64,000 nt of DNA, from NCBI RefSeq assembly GCF_004010195.1, contig NC_057750.1:6999696-7063695 (forward strand), in the 5' to 3' direction. Shown piece by piece: positions 12,740 to 25,875 of this stretch; position 1 is the first letter of the stretch; every line of letters begins with the position of its first letter. Below the pieces are notes generated by a model. The model searched no databases. It was not told the origin of the DNA and saw nothing but the letters and a program-made list of their open reading frames with translations. Origin of the DNA: Chiloscyllium plagiosum (lineage: Eukaryota). The translations under genes were made by a program, and so were the position numbers.

Positions 12740-13437
12740 GGTATCCCTGCTGTAAGAAGGATGTTATGAAACTTGATGTGGAGGTGCCGGTGTTGGACTG
12801 GGGTGGACGGAGTTTAAAAAATCATACAACGTCAGGTTATAGTCCAACAGGTTTATTTGCTAACTGATGAAGGAGCAGTGCTCCGAAAGCTTGTACTGTA
12901 CATCCAGAAAAACCTGTTGGACTATAACCTGGTGTCATGTGATTTTTAATGTTGTGAAACTTGAAAGGCTTCAGAAAAGATTTACAAGCATGTTGCCAGG
13001 ATTTAAGGGTTGAGCTATAGGGAGAGGCTGATTGGGTAGGGGCTGTTTTCCCTTGAGTGTCGGAGGCTGAGGGATAACCTTACAGAAGTTTATAAAATCA
13101 TGAGGGACCTGGATAGGGACAATAGCTAAGGTCTTTTCCCCAGGGTAGGAGTCCAAAACAAGAGGGCATATGTTTAAGGTGAGAGGGAAAAGATATAAAG
13201 GGACCTAAGGGGCAACTTTTCACACAGAGGGTGGTGCGTCTATGGAATGAGCTGCCAGAGGAAGTGTTAGAGGCAATACAATTAAAAGGCATCTGGATGG
13301 GTATATGAATAGGAAGCTTTTCGAGGAATATGGGCCAAATGCTGGTAATTGGGACTAGATTAATTGAAGATATCTGGTCGGCATGGACGAGTTGGACTGA
13401 AGGATCTGTTTCCATGTAGTGCAGCTGTATGACTCTA
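12740..13437 (+). mobile_element. CR1 3' fragment interrupted by a Penelope-derived hairpin element (12777-12948)
   Basis: Similar to the 3' part of 16591-18000. The insert is flanked by a 16-bp duplication atgtt(a/g)tgaaacttga. Confidence 0.88.
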
Positions 13438-16400
13438 GATCATTGTTAGTCTGGATAAATAATAAACTAGGATAATAATGGAATTTGTACGTTTGTTTTG
13501 AATGTCATACTACATTCAGTATTCTTACAATACCAGGCCAAGGTGAAACCTCATTCTCATAATTGGCTGTGAACCCCGTAGGAACTCCTAGCATTCTGTT
13601 ACAGAGCAGACATGTGGAAGCAGGTAACCCAGTTGAATTAAGGCCATAAGAAATAGGAAAAGGAACCACCATTCAATCGGACCATGGCTGATTCAACATT
13701 CTTCACATTCATTTTCTTGCCTTTTCCCTGTAACCCTTGATTCCCTTCGCACTTAGAGTTATACAGTGTAGTCTTAGTATATTCCTAAAAATTATAAAAG
13801 AAAAGGGATCTTCCCATCTTCCATAGAGTGCAGAGAAGGTTGCTTGCAACCTTTGAGAAAGGGTTACACAGACCTGATTGTTTCAGCAGGGCCCTAATGG
13901 GATTACAAGATGAGATTTTGGTGTTGGGAGATCCAAGGCTACAATGCTTGGAGCTCAGATTGATTTCTGTCAGCCATGCGGCCCCCTTGAATCCTCATGT
14001 ATATATCTGTAAATGGGTGTGGCTGACTGGAACTGGTCTCTGAGAGATGATCACTACGGCAAAAAAAGCCTTTGAAAAGGCAGACGTTCAATTTGTTTGT
14101 AGAAACCCTGCTCTTACATTAACTCGTGTTTCCCCCTGCACCTGGTCAAAAACACCTCACTTGATCAGCAGTTCCCAGAATCCCCAAATGTGTGGTCTCA
14201 GGAAGCGAGATGGAGACCAACTAGGAAAAAAATTTCAGCAGCATTCTCTGACAGCCAAGAGAAAAGGGACTGTAGGGAAGGCCTTGATAATTATTATAAT
14301 GTAAATGATAAGGTGACTCTGACTTTGAAATTAGCAGTTCAGTTGACCAAAGGTCAGAAATGTTTCCACAGTATTTTGGTGTACAATAAGGTAAATTTTG
14401 TAATGATTATGTGGGATTTTTAGAAATTATTGCAAGCGTTTTGAGGATTAAGTTCCATCATTTTGTCCATTTCTTCTTAGGGCCTGCGCAGCCATGCTTT
14501 ATTGCTGCTTGCTTGCTCACTGGATGTAAAATGACCCTGTAGCATTCCTTCATTAGGAACAGAAGGTTGTCATTGCCACTTCCCTCTTGACCAACACCAA
14601 CAACAAAAAAGATTAACATCTCACTTGTTGTTGCTGGAGTCATGCTGTGTGCAAAGTCATGCTGTGTGCAAATATGTTGCCATTTTTACTTACATAATCA
14701 CATGAGCACACTATAAAGATTAAGTGTGATGCTCCTTGAACTATCATGCTTGAACAAAACAACTGTTTCCCTGAAAACTGTGTTCTTTAATATGCAAAGG
14801 AAAGTTTTTTTAAATTCACTAAAGGGCTAATGGCTAGTTTCCCCTGGAGAAGGTGATGGTGAGCTGCCTTCTTGAACCACTGCAATTCAATTGCTGCTCG
14901 CAGTGCTGTTAGGGAGAAAGTTCCACAATTTTGACATTTAAGGAATGACATTATCATCATTTCATAGTAATAGAAGTATGAGTAGGCCTTGTGGCCTATC
15001 GAGCCTGCTCCACCATTCATTAGGATCATGGTTGTTCTATCCATCATCTCAGCTCCTCCTATCTGCATTATGCCCATAGCCCTTAATTATATTTCCAAGT
15101 CAGGAGAGGAACTTTATTTAAACTCATTCACAGGATGTGGATGTCACTGGCCAGGCCAGAATGTATTGCCCTTTTCTAATTGCCCCATAGGGCAGTTGAG
15201 AGTCAACCACATCACTGTGGATCTGGAGTCACGTGTAGGCCAGACCAGGTGAGGGTGGCAGATTTCCTAAAAGGCATTAGTGAACTATTTGGCTTTTTTG
15301 ACAATTGGCCACCTCTATTTTCATGGTCAGCTCTAGCTCTTAATCCCAGATTTATTCCCCATGGCGGGATATGAACCCTGGTCACCAGAATACTACCTGG
15401 GTCACTGGATTGAGAGTCTAATGATAACACTACCAGGCTATAATCTTCCCTTACAGGTGCTTATATCCCCTTTCTAGTAAAGAAGAGAAAATGACACGTA
15501 CTTTCAATGTCATACTTTATTTCTCTTATTTCTATTATTGGATAGCCAGCCAATACAATTCCCTGAATAGTGGCTCATTTGAATTGGAACTATACAAATG
15601 TGAAGGTTCTGTGCTGTGACCCGTAAGGTGATCTCAGCAATGGTACACATTGAGTGCCACAATTGTCCTCTGAACCTTTATGCTGATGAATCAAACAAAA
15701 ATGTCTTATTGTTACCTTTCCTGACAGTTAGCCAGTCTATTTGCTGCACAACTGGACTCAACTGTATTTCCATCGTTCATAGCTGAATATCTTATCGCCA
15801 GGCTCTGGTTTCAGCTATGCAAATACACCATTTGACTGAGTTATCAGAGGTGACTGCATGTGGAAGTGTAAACCAGCGAGAGTCAGCAGCACGAGGAGAT
15901 CAAAAAGATTCTCATATTTCTACAGCGCCCTTCACAACCTCAGGACATTACAATCTTCATGTTTTACAACCAACAAAGTATTTTTAAACAGTATTCATAG
16001 GAAATGTTGCAGCCCACTTGCATGCACCAAGACCTCACAAACAGTCACGAATCCATTTTTATGACTGTCGATTCAGGGATAAATATTGACCAAGGCACCA
16101 GGGAAAGTTGCCGTGCTCTTCTGAAATAATGCTGTGAGACCTTTGCGATCTACTCGAGAGGCAGAACAGTTTAATGTTTTACCCAAAGGCTGGCACCTCT
16201 GACAATGTAGCATTCCCTCAATGCTGCACTAGGAAAGTCAGCCTCGAATTTGTGCTCTAATGTTTGGAGTGGGCCTTCAGTCTATGGCCTCGATATTTGA
16301 ATGTAAGAATGCTGCTTGCAGCTCATGCGAGTCGAAGAGGGGAATAAAATTAAGGCACAAAATGGATTAATTCCCAAAGATGCATAGGACAAAGATGGAA

Positions 16401-16590
16401 CAGTACAGCACTGGAACGGGTTCTTCAGCCCATGATGTTGTGCCGAACATGACGCTAAATTAAACAAATCTCTTCTGCCTGCCCTTGACAGTTGAAATCT
16501 TTCTTTGTGGTATTAGCAATAAGGCTGTGGATTGGTTTAGCAAAAAGGAAAATTTGCTGAAAAACACACAGCAAATAATTAAGAACTGAA

Positions 16591-18000
16591 GGACAAACCA
16601 GGGAACCGTAGACCGGTGAGCCTGACGTCATTGATGGACAAGTTGTTGGAGGGAATCCTGAGGGACAGGATGTACATGTATTTGGAAAGGCAAGGACTGA
16701 TTAGGGATAGTCAACATGGCTTTGTGCGTGGGAAATCATGTCTCACAAACTTGATTGAGCTTTTGAAGAAGTAACAAAGAGGATTGATGAGGGCAGAGTG
16801 GTAGACGTGATCTATATGGACTTCAGTAAGGTGTTTGACAAGGTTCCCCTTGGGACACTGGTTAGCAAGATTAGACCTCATGGAACACAGGGAGAACTAG
16901 CCATTTGGATACAGAACTGGCTCAAAGGTAGAAGACAGAGGATGGTGGTGAAGGGTTGTTTTTCAGACTGCAGGCCTGTGACCAGTGGAGTGCCACAAGG
17001 ATTGGTGCTGGGTCCACTACTTTTCGTCATTTATATAAATGATTTAGATGTGAACATAAATGTATAATTAGTAAGTTTTCAGATGACACCAATATTGGAG
17101 GTGTAGTGGACAGCGAAGAAGGTTACCTCAGATTGCAACAGGATCTTGACCAGATGGGCCAATGAGCTGAAGAGTGGCAGAAGGAGTTTAATTCAGATAA
17201 ATGTGAGGTGCTGCATTATGGGAAAGCATATCTTAGCAGGACTTATACACTTAATGGTAAGGTCCTAGGGAGTGTGGCTGAACAAAGAAACTTTGGAGTG
17301 CAGGTTCATAGCTCCTTGAAAGTAGAGTCGCAGGTAGATAGGATAATGAAGAAGGTGTTTGGTATGCTTTCCTTTATTGGTCAGAGTATTGAGTACAGGA
17401 GTTGGGAGATCATGTTGCAGCTGAATAGGACATTGTTAGGCCACTGTTGGAATATTGTGTGCAGTTCTGGTCTCCTTCCTAATGGAAAGATGTTGTGAAA
17501 CTTGAAAGGGTTCAGAAACGATTTACAAGGATGTTGCCAGGGTTGGAGGATTTGAGCTATAGATGGAGGTTGAATACGCTGGGGCTGTTTTCCCTGGAGC
17601 ATCAGAGGTTGAGGGTGACCTTATAGAGGCTTATAAAATCATGAGGGGCATGGATAGGGTAAATAGACAAAGTCTTTCCCCCTGTGGTGAGGGAGTCCAG
17701 AACTAGAGGGCATAGGTTTAGGGTGAGAGGGGAAAGATAAAAAAGAGACTTAAGGGGCAACTTTTTCACGCAGAGGTTGGTGCATGTATGGAATGAGCTG
17801 CCAGAAGAAGTGTTGGAGGCTGGTATAATTGCAACATTTAAAAGGTATCTGGATGGGTATATGAATAGGAAGGGTTTAGAGGGATATGGGCTGGGTGCTG
17901 GCAAGTGGGACTAGATTAGGTTAGAATATCTGGTCGGCATGGATGAGTTGGACTGAAGGGTCTGTTTCCGTGCTGTACATCTCTATGACTCTATGACCCT
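16591..18000 (+). mobile_element. CR1/HER1 LINE, 5'-truncated ORF2 reverse transcriptase and 3' tail
   Basis: [56 protein letters not shown] and KFSDDT motifs with stops and frameshifts; (ctatgact)n tail. Confidence 0.95.
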
Positions 18001-18192
18001 ATAACTCTAGGTGAAGAAATATGTTATTTCATGTTGACACTCATCAGAACAGCATTTGATAGTTTCATACATTTTGAAGGTTTGCACCAAGGCTGAAATA
18101 GTACAGAAGATCATTTGCGAATATCATGCCAAATAATTTCACCCCAATCGAGATTTGTTAGCAGACTCTGATCGGCATAATTCTTTCCCAAG

Positions 18193-18336
18193 GGGGAGCT
18201 GCGATTCATTCTCCTGTCAGTGACTCTCTGGCTACATCGGGGCCACAGGCAACCCTGGGTTTGAGCCCTTCTCTCTTCTCATCTCCAGGGCGACATATTC
18301 AACTTCTGCAGGACAGAAAGGAAAACCTAACTCAAG
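18193..18336 (+). CDS. MEIOSIN: MEIOSIN coding exon: (G)GAAIHSPVSDSLATSGPQATLGLSPSLFSSPGRHIQLLQDRKENLTQ
   Basis: Acceptor ttctttcccaag| and donor G|gtaaag; 144 bp, phase 1 to 1. The LGLSPSLFSSPG...LTQ motif matches mammalian MEIOSIN as recalled. Confidence 0.87.
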
Positions 18337-18468
18337 GTAAAGAGATTGTGCTAGTACTGTTTGTCAAGCCCTTCAAAACTTTGGCTATTTTGCAGTGCTA
18401 AACCCCACTCATGCCTTGATAAGCACATAAGCTCGACTAAGACATCTCCTCTCAGAATAAAAATTTTT

Positions 18469-18697
18469 AGAGTCATAGTCATAGAGATGGACAGCATGGA
18501 AACAGACCCTTCGTCTGGACTCCCTGACTCCAGGGAAAAGACTTTGCCTATTGACCCTATCCATGCCCCTCATAATTTTATAAACCTCTATAAGGTCACC
18601 CCTCAGCCTCCAACGCTCCAGGGAAAACAGCCCCAGCCTATTCAGCCTCTCCCTATAGCTCAAATCCTCCAACTCTGGCAACATCCTTGTAAATCTT
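18469..18697 (-). mobile_element. CR1 3' fragment with internal deletion
   Basis: QRFTRMLPELEDLSYRERLNRLGLFSLE..RGDLIEVYKIM. Confidence 0.88.
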
Positions 18698-18904
18698 TGC
18701 ATTTAAAAAATAAATTGGGATTTCTTATAATACTTATTGAAAAGTTGCGACCTAGATTGGCCATGACTTGGAGCAGTAGTTCAATGTAGTATGTAAATCC
18801 AGCTGTCTGATCAGTTGTTTCAAATCAAAGTTTAGTTTCTCAGCACACCAGATCACGAGGTGCTTTTGCTGTTGGCTTGGTTCAGCTGGCAGAAAGTGAC
18901 ACCA

Positions 18905-20330
18905 TAAGGATCATAAGATGGAGCAGCAGAATTAGGCCATTCGGCCTATCAAGCCTGCTCCTCCATTCAACGAGATCATGGTCAGAAGTCACATGATACC
19001 AGATTATAGTCCAACACGTTTACTTGCAATCACAAACTCTCAGAGTGCTTCTCCTTCGTCACCTGACGAACGAACAACACTTCACCTGGTGTCGTATGAT
19101 TTCTGGATCTGTCCATCCCAGTCCAACACTGGTACCTCCACATCATGGCACTGCGATCATGGCTGATCTAAAAATCCTTAACGTCACTTTTCTGCCTTTT
19201 CATCACAGCCGTCGATTCCGTTACTGATTAAAAGTCTGTCAATCTCGGCTTTTAAAATGTTTAATAGCCCAGCCTTGACAGCTGTCTGTGGTAAAGAATT
19301 CCTCAGATTCACTACCTTCTGGAAGAAGAAATTCCTCCTCATCCCTATCTTAAATGTGTGACCCCTTATTCTAAGATTAAACCCCCTCATCTGACATTGT
19401 TCTACAAATGGAAACAATCTTTCTGAATCTACCCTGTGAAGTCTACTAAGGATTTTATATGTTTCAATAATGTCGCCTCTCACTCTTCTAAATTCCAATG
19501 AGTACAGGTCCAATCTATTCAACCTCTCCTCCTTACCTGGTATAAACCAAATGAACCTTCTCTGGATTGTATGTCTTTCCTTAGATAAAGGACTCAAAAC
19601 TGTTCTCTGTATCCTAGTTGTATTCAAACTAGTGACTTGAGTTGGAGGCCTGGGACTGGGATAAGTTGGGAAAAGGGGAAATGAGGAAACTGGTAAAATT
19701 TACAAAAAGGGCGGCACGGTGGCACAGTAGTTAGCACTGCTGCCTCACAGCGCCAGAGACCCGGGTTCAATTCCCGCCTCAGGCGACTGACTGTGTGGAG
19801 TTTGCACGTTCTCCCCGTGTCTGCGTGGGTTTCCTCCCACAGTCCAAAGATGTGCAGGTCAGGTGAATTGGCCATGCTAAATTGCCCGTAGTGTTAGGTA
19901 AGGGGTAAATGTAGGGGTATGGGTGGGTTGCGCTTCGGCGGGAGGGTGTGGACTTGTTGGGCCGAAGGGCCTGTTTCCACTCTGTAATTAATCTAATCTA
20001 ATCTAATCTTGTTTAGTTTTAGCAAAACCTTCCTACTTTTATGTTCCATTCCCTTTGAAGTAAAGGCCAACATTCCACTTACCTTCCCCACTGAACTTGG
20101 ATGCTAGTATTTTCTGATTCATGAACATGGATTCTAAATCCTATTCTGCAGTCTTTCTCCATTTAAATAATGTTCAGTTCCCCTATTCTTCCTGCTGTAA
20201 CCCTGACATTTTCCCACATTGTATACCATTTGCCAAGCTCCTGCTTACTCACTTAACCTGTCCATATCCCTCAGCTGATTCTTTGTGTCATCCTCACCAT
20301 TTGCCTTCCCACCTATTAGCCTCCACTGTC
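18905..20330 (-). mobile_element. Older CR1-clade LINE fragment, split by a Penelope-type hairpin and an HE1 SINE
   Basis: ORF 19184-19627(-) reads RLNRLDLYSLEFRRVRGDIIETYKIL..RNFFFQKVVNL. Confidence 0.75.
19710..20008 (+). mobile_element. HE1-type shark tRNA-derived SINE (young copy)
   Basis: Head ggcggcacggtggcacagt.gttagcactgctgcctcacagcgccagagacccgggttcaattccc contains A/B boxes; V-SINE-like core gtgtggagtttgcacgttctccccgtg; (taatc)n tail. Confidence 0.92.
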
Positions 20331-22197
20331 ACATTGCTAAACTCAACTTCCTCATCCCAAATGAAGAAATATGCAGTTGAAAATGGTCATAGCCAGCAAC
20401 TTCCAATATGTACGTAACCAGTGAGCTCTCAATACATCAAAATTTTACAATTTCACTTGTTGTTTTCACACCAAGTGGAACTGAGACCTGAAACTAACAC
20501 TGGTTTAGTTAAAATCTGCAATGAGCTAATGTTCAGGAGCATGTTCTGATTACACTATGGGTTTACTGCCATATCATTGGGTTCCTTTGTAACTGTACAG
20601 GTGCCGTGCTCTATCATAGACACCAAGGAGTGGGGATCAGTTTGCTCATTTGGTTCAATGCAAAATGATGCTAACAGCATGGGTTCACATCTCTACACCA
20701 CCGATGCAGGCTTGCCTACTCACCTCATAATTGATGTGTAGTGCTGTACTTCAAACTTTATAAACAAGTGTCTTTCTCTATTGGATAGATATGCTTCTGG
20801 TCCCTCATGGATTATGGCTAATCACCTGCCTAACGATAAAGTGAAAGGCACTATAGACTGCTCTCTTACTCGAAAGAAATAACCAGTGATGAGTTTAACC
20901 TGCAGGTCATGATGCCTCAAGTAAGGGGTGAGGTTGAGCAGGCAGTTCTTCATGATAACTTCAGCTGCTACATATTAATTAAACCCATATTTTTGGTGTT
21001 ATTCTGTATCACAAATCAACTATCCAGCTAACTGACCTGGAACTCACACCTTTTACCTGCCCTTTGTGTGAGGACACGGACATCCTCTAAGACAGGACAG
21101 CGCCAGGGATCCAGGTTTGATTCCACCCTTAGGCAACTGTCTATGTGGAGTTTGCATGTTCTCCCCATGTGCTTTGTGAGTTTCTTCTGCGTGCTCCAGT
21201 TTCCTTCCACAATCCAAAGATGTGCAGGTTAGGTGGATTGGCTATGCTTAAAAAACAATTGCCCCATAGTATCCAGGGGTGGTTGGGTTAGCTATGGTAA
21301 AATCCCTTTGTGAGGTTACAGGTTTAGGGTGGGAGACTGGGTCTGGGTGGGATGTTGAATGGCCTCTATCTACACTGTAAGGATTCTATGATCCTAGTCT
21401 CTTGATACCTTGCTGTCAAGAGGTGGACACCTTCTCAGGACAATAATGGTTTGGTCATAAAAGGCAGTTTTGGGGTTTGCAAGTGCACAGCCTTCTTGAA
21501 TTGTTGCATTTTATATGGCGTTAACGTTCCCACAGCGTTAGGGGGGGAATTGCAAGATTTTGACTTAGGTTTGTGGAAAAGATAAAGAGGGATGTAAATT
21601 TTCAGTGACTTGTCAGTGCAGTGCACCTGATAACACCTTAATTTTCATTTTAATTTGTTGAAGTCTTCAGGTATTCATCTGTACTGGTAATGAAATCTGA
21701 AATTTAAAGCTGGTCGCAGTAATGGTGACCGTGAAACTATGATTGAGTAGAATAAAAAAGTTAGTTGACTAGTTTTTCATAAGGAGAGGAAATCTGCCAT
21801 CCTTAACAAGTCTGGCCGACATGTGACTCCAGACCTACAATAACGTGGCTGACATTTAACTGCTCCTGCAAGCTACTCAGTTCAGCCCTTCCAGTGACAC
21901 CCACATCCCATTAACAAAAGTTAAACAAAGAAGGGGACTTGATAGTTCTCCCTCACAGGTTGACTACCCAGTAAGTGTCAGCTGTGTCTCAGTTGGTAGC
22001 ACTCTCACCTCTGAGTCAGTTAGCTGTGACTTCAAGTCCCAGGGATTTGGGCTCATAATCCGAAGCTGACTGCATATGCTCTGAGCTGTTTCACTTGCTG
22101 ACGTCTAACATTTTGTTTTCTGACTGACTTACGCATTTTAGACTGAAAAGCAAACCTGTGATTTCCTGCCACAACCTTGTAACTTTCCTCCTTGCAG

Positions 22198-22319
22198 CCT
22201 TGTTTGCAACAGTGTGTCTGAGCCCTGAACTCCCAGCCAACAGACCTGGAGACTTGAAGCTGCCGAATGCAGGTCAAAACCAGCAATATCTGAACAGCTA
22301 CTGGAATCTCACTTTGAAG
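22198..22319 (+). CDS. MEIOSIN: MEIOSIN coding exon: (A)LFATVCLSPELPANRPGDLKLPNAGQNQQYLNSYWNLTLK
   Basis: Acceptor ttcctccttgcag| and donor AAG|gtacta; 122 bp, phase 1 to 0. A-x-F-x-x-VCL motif follows LTQ. Confidence 0.8.
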
Positions 22320-23698
22320 GTACTAACTCCATGAGACTGGCGCAAGCTTTTCGAATATAGTATCGACATTTTGTTTTCAATATCTCACAATCCCCCTTCT
22401 CAACTCCAGCCCTTACCTTTACTCTTCTGAAGACACTGACGTCTGGGTGATGCTCTCTCTTCTTAGTCAGAAGGTCATAGGTTGAAGTGCCATTTTGGAA
22501 ACTTGAGAACGTATCTAGGTTGACACTTCCAGTCTGTACTGAAGGAGTGCAGCACTATTTGGGGTGCTGTTTTTAAAACAAAACTTTAAACTGTCCTTCC
22601 AGGTTGACACAAAGGATTCCACAGCACTACGTTGAAAAAGAGCGGGGGTCTGCTCCATCGTGTCCTGGTCAATATTTATCTCTCAATCAACATTGCTAAA
22701 AACAGACGATCTCATTCTTGTGAGATCTTGCTGTGCACATTTGGTTTTTCCTGGATGGTGATTAACATGGCCTGATCGATTAGAGCTCTTGCCAGTCCAT
22801 TGTTATCCCAGTCATTACTCTGGGCAAATTCAGCTCACTCAGAGGAGAATGGCAAACCCATCAGGAACTGTCCTTGATCTATCTGTTGCAGGTTTTATTG
22901 ATTCATGATGAACTTGAAAGTTCTGTTGTGTGTGTACCACTGTTTTAGTGCTGAAACATTCAAGCCTGCAGGTTGTGAGATTGATTTTTAGTATGCGCAG
23001 ATGTAGGGTGCACGGTCACTCAGTGGTTCGTGCTGCCTCACAGTGCCAGGGATCTGGGTTTGATTCCACCCTCGGGTGACTGTGTAGAGTTTGCACTTCT
23101 CGCTTTGTCTATGTGGGTTTCCTATGAGTGTTACTCCCACAATCCAGAAGTATGCAGGTTAGGAGGGTTGGCCATGCTAAATTGTCCATAGTGTCCAGGG
23201 ATGTACAGGCTAAGTGGATTATTCAGGATTTCAGGGATAAAGTAGGGGGATGGGTCTGGGTGGGATGATCTTCAGAGGGTCAGTGTAGACTCGATATGCT
23301 GAAGTGCCTGCTTCCACACTGTAAGAATTCTGTGATCTAAAGTACCTTTTGTACCCTGAATGAGACGGGAAAAAAAATTGGGCAGGTTTCACGCTCCTAA
23401 TGACTCCTGCTGGGATGTGGGTATTTGGAAAGACAAAATGGGATTTGGGTGTGAACCTACCCATTGTCAAATTGCCTACTAATAATCACCATGAAGAATG
23501 GACACTGGGGTGACGTGGGGAAATCGCCCGGGGAGCAGCTAGAAGCAGTGTCTTCAGGGAAACTGAGGAAGGGAAGGTATTGAGAAGCTGAGCTTCCCAC
23601 TGCGAGGTACGGGGTGGGTGTTTAGGGGCGGGGACATGATGGCATCAAGGAGCTGGTGCTGTAGATGATGGATATCTTTCTTGCTTTGCTCTACCCAG

Positions 23699-23902
23699 GA
23701 CGATCCAGATCAAATTGTGCCAGCAACTCCACCGATGACCTGTGACTCATTCCAGTCAACCTTCATTTTTGACCACTGTTATCTCCCACACAGCGAGACG
23801 AGTCGAACAGACTCCAGCCAAGCTGACAGTACATCCTCAGGGGACAATTCCTGCCAGATTTGTCCAAGCTTAGAGAAGTGGGAGAGACATCTTCTGCAGG
23901 AG
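23699..23902 (+). CDS. MEIOSIN: MEIOSIN coding exon: DDPDQIVPATPP...FDHCYLPHSE...WERHLLQE
   Basis: Acceptor ctctacccag| and donor GAG|gtaact; 204 bp, phase 0 to 0. Contains the DHCYL motif and a Ser-rich tract. Confidence 0.87.
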
Positions 23903-24726
23903 GTAACTAACTCCATCATGATCATCCCTCCTTCGTACAGACACTTATGTATAGTTATATTCTTATGCTGGTCAAGGTAATTTTAAACCAGTCCCAAAGT
24001 CTGCCAAGTCAGATGCATCATTGCTTAGATGGAGAGTAAATCTTCCTCAGAACTGCCCCAACAATATACCCAAGCCAGCTTCAGACTGTAATAGTGCAAA
24101 TCTTGCTTCTTGTGTCAGAACGTTGTTGGTTCAAGTCCCACGCCAGCCACTTGAGTGCAAGTTGACATTCCAGAGTAATGTTGAATTGTCTGAGATGCCA
24201 TCTTTTGGAAGAGATGTTAAAGCTGAGCCTGCCCTCTTACTGCATTTAAAAGAGCCTATTTCAAAGGCAAGTCCTAAAACCCACACCATTAAAACCTATT
24301 TATCGATCATTATCTCATTGCTATTTGTGGAAACTTGCTGTGCACAAATTGGCTGTCACCCTTAACATGATCACAGTGACAGCAGTTCAGATGTACCTCT
24401 TTATCTTTATGGAAACTTGCAACCAATTGAGAAATATTTATGGAAATACATATTTTTTTAAATTTCTCTCACCTATTCTAAGTCTTTTCTAAATGAAACT
24501 GCCTTTTAGCAGTATCTTGGCATTGTGTTGCAAGCATTGAACTGCTCATTACTCTGACTAGAATTTAACCTAAAATGAATGCAAAATGCTGCGGATGCTG
24601 GAGATCTGAAATAAAATCAGAAAGTGCTGGAGAGACTCAGCAGGTCAGGCAGCATCTGTGGAAAGAGAAACAGAGTTCACTTTTAGCATCAATATGACTC
24701 TTCTTTGGAACTCATTTGGGTTCAGG

Positions 24727-25875
24727 TCATACAGTCATAGACATGGACAGCAAGGAAACAGATCCTTCGGTCCAACTCGTCCATGCCGACCAGATATCCT
24801 ATATTAATGTAGACTATTTGCCAGCATTTGGCTCATATCATAAACGCTTCCTATTTATGTACTCATCTGGATGCCTTTTAAATGTTGCTGTTGTACCAGC
24901 CTCCACCACTTCCTCTGGCAGCTCATTCCATACATGTACCACCCTCTGCATGAAAAAGTTGCCGCTTAGGTTTCTTTTCAATCTTTCACCTCTCACCCTA
25001 AACCTATGCCCTGTAGTTCTGAACTACGCTACCCTGGGGAAAAGATCTTGGCTATTCACCCTATCGACTCCCCTCATGATTTTATAAACTTCTATAAGGT
25101 CACCCCTCAGGCCTCTGACGCACCAGGGAAAACAGCCCCAGTGTATCCAGTCTCTCCCTATAGCTCAAACCCTCCAACCCTGACTACTTCCTTGTAAATC
25201 TTTTCTGAACACTTTCAAATTTCACAACATCTTTCCTGTAGTAGGGAGACCAGAATTGCACACAGTATTCCAAAAGTGGCCTAACCAATGTCCTGTACAG
25301 CAGCAACTTGCCAGCAACACATTTTCAGCTCTGATCTCCAGCATCTGCAGACCTCACTTTCTCCTCTCAACACCTATACTCAATGCACTGGCCAATAAAG
25401 GAAAACATACTAAACGCTTTTTTCACTATCCTATCTACCTGAGACTCTACTATCAAGGAGCTATGAACCTGCACTCCAAGGTCTCTTTGTTCAGCAATAC
25501 TCCCTAAGGCCTTACCATTAAGTGTACAAATCCTTCCCTGACTTGTCTTTTGTAAATGCAGCACCTCGTATTTTTCTAAATTAAACTCTATCTGTCACTC
25601 TTCAGCCCTTTGGCCCATCTGATCAAGATTCTGTTGCACTTTGAGGTAACCTTCTTCACTGTCCACTACACCTCCAATTTTGGTGTCATCTGCAAACTTA
25701 CTAACAATATCTTCTTTATTCACAACCAAATTATTTATATAAATGATGAATAGCAGTGGACCCAGCACCGATCCTTGTGGCACACCACTGGTCACAGGCC
25801 TCCAGTCATAAAAGCAACCTTCGCCACCACCCTCTGTCTTCTACCTTTGAGCCAGTTCTGTATCCAAATGGCTAT
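24727..25875 (-). mobile_element. CR1/HER1 LINE 3' fragment (RT), with a small Penelope-type insert near 25310-25366
   Basis: SGVPQGSVLGPLLFIIYIN...SKFADDTKIGG (ORF 25595-25795 -) and a CR1 3' UTR. Confidence 0.93.

Noticed and set aside
19710..19790. tRNA-like sequence with A and B boxes
   Set aside because: It is the head of an HE1-type SINE with many copies in the window, not a tRNA gene.
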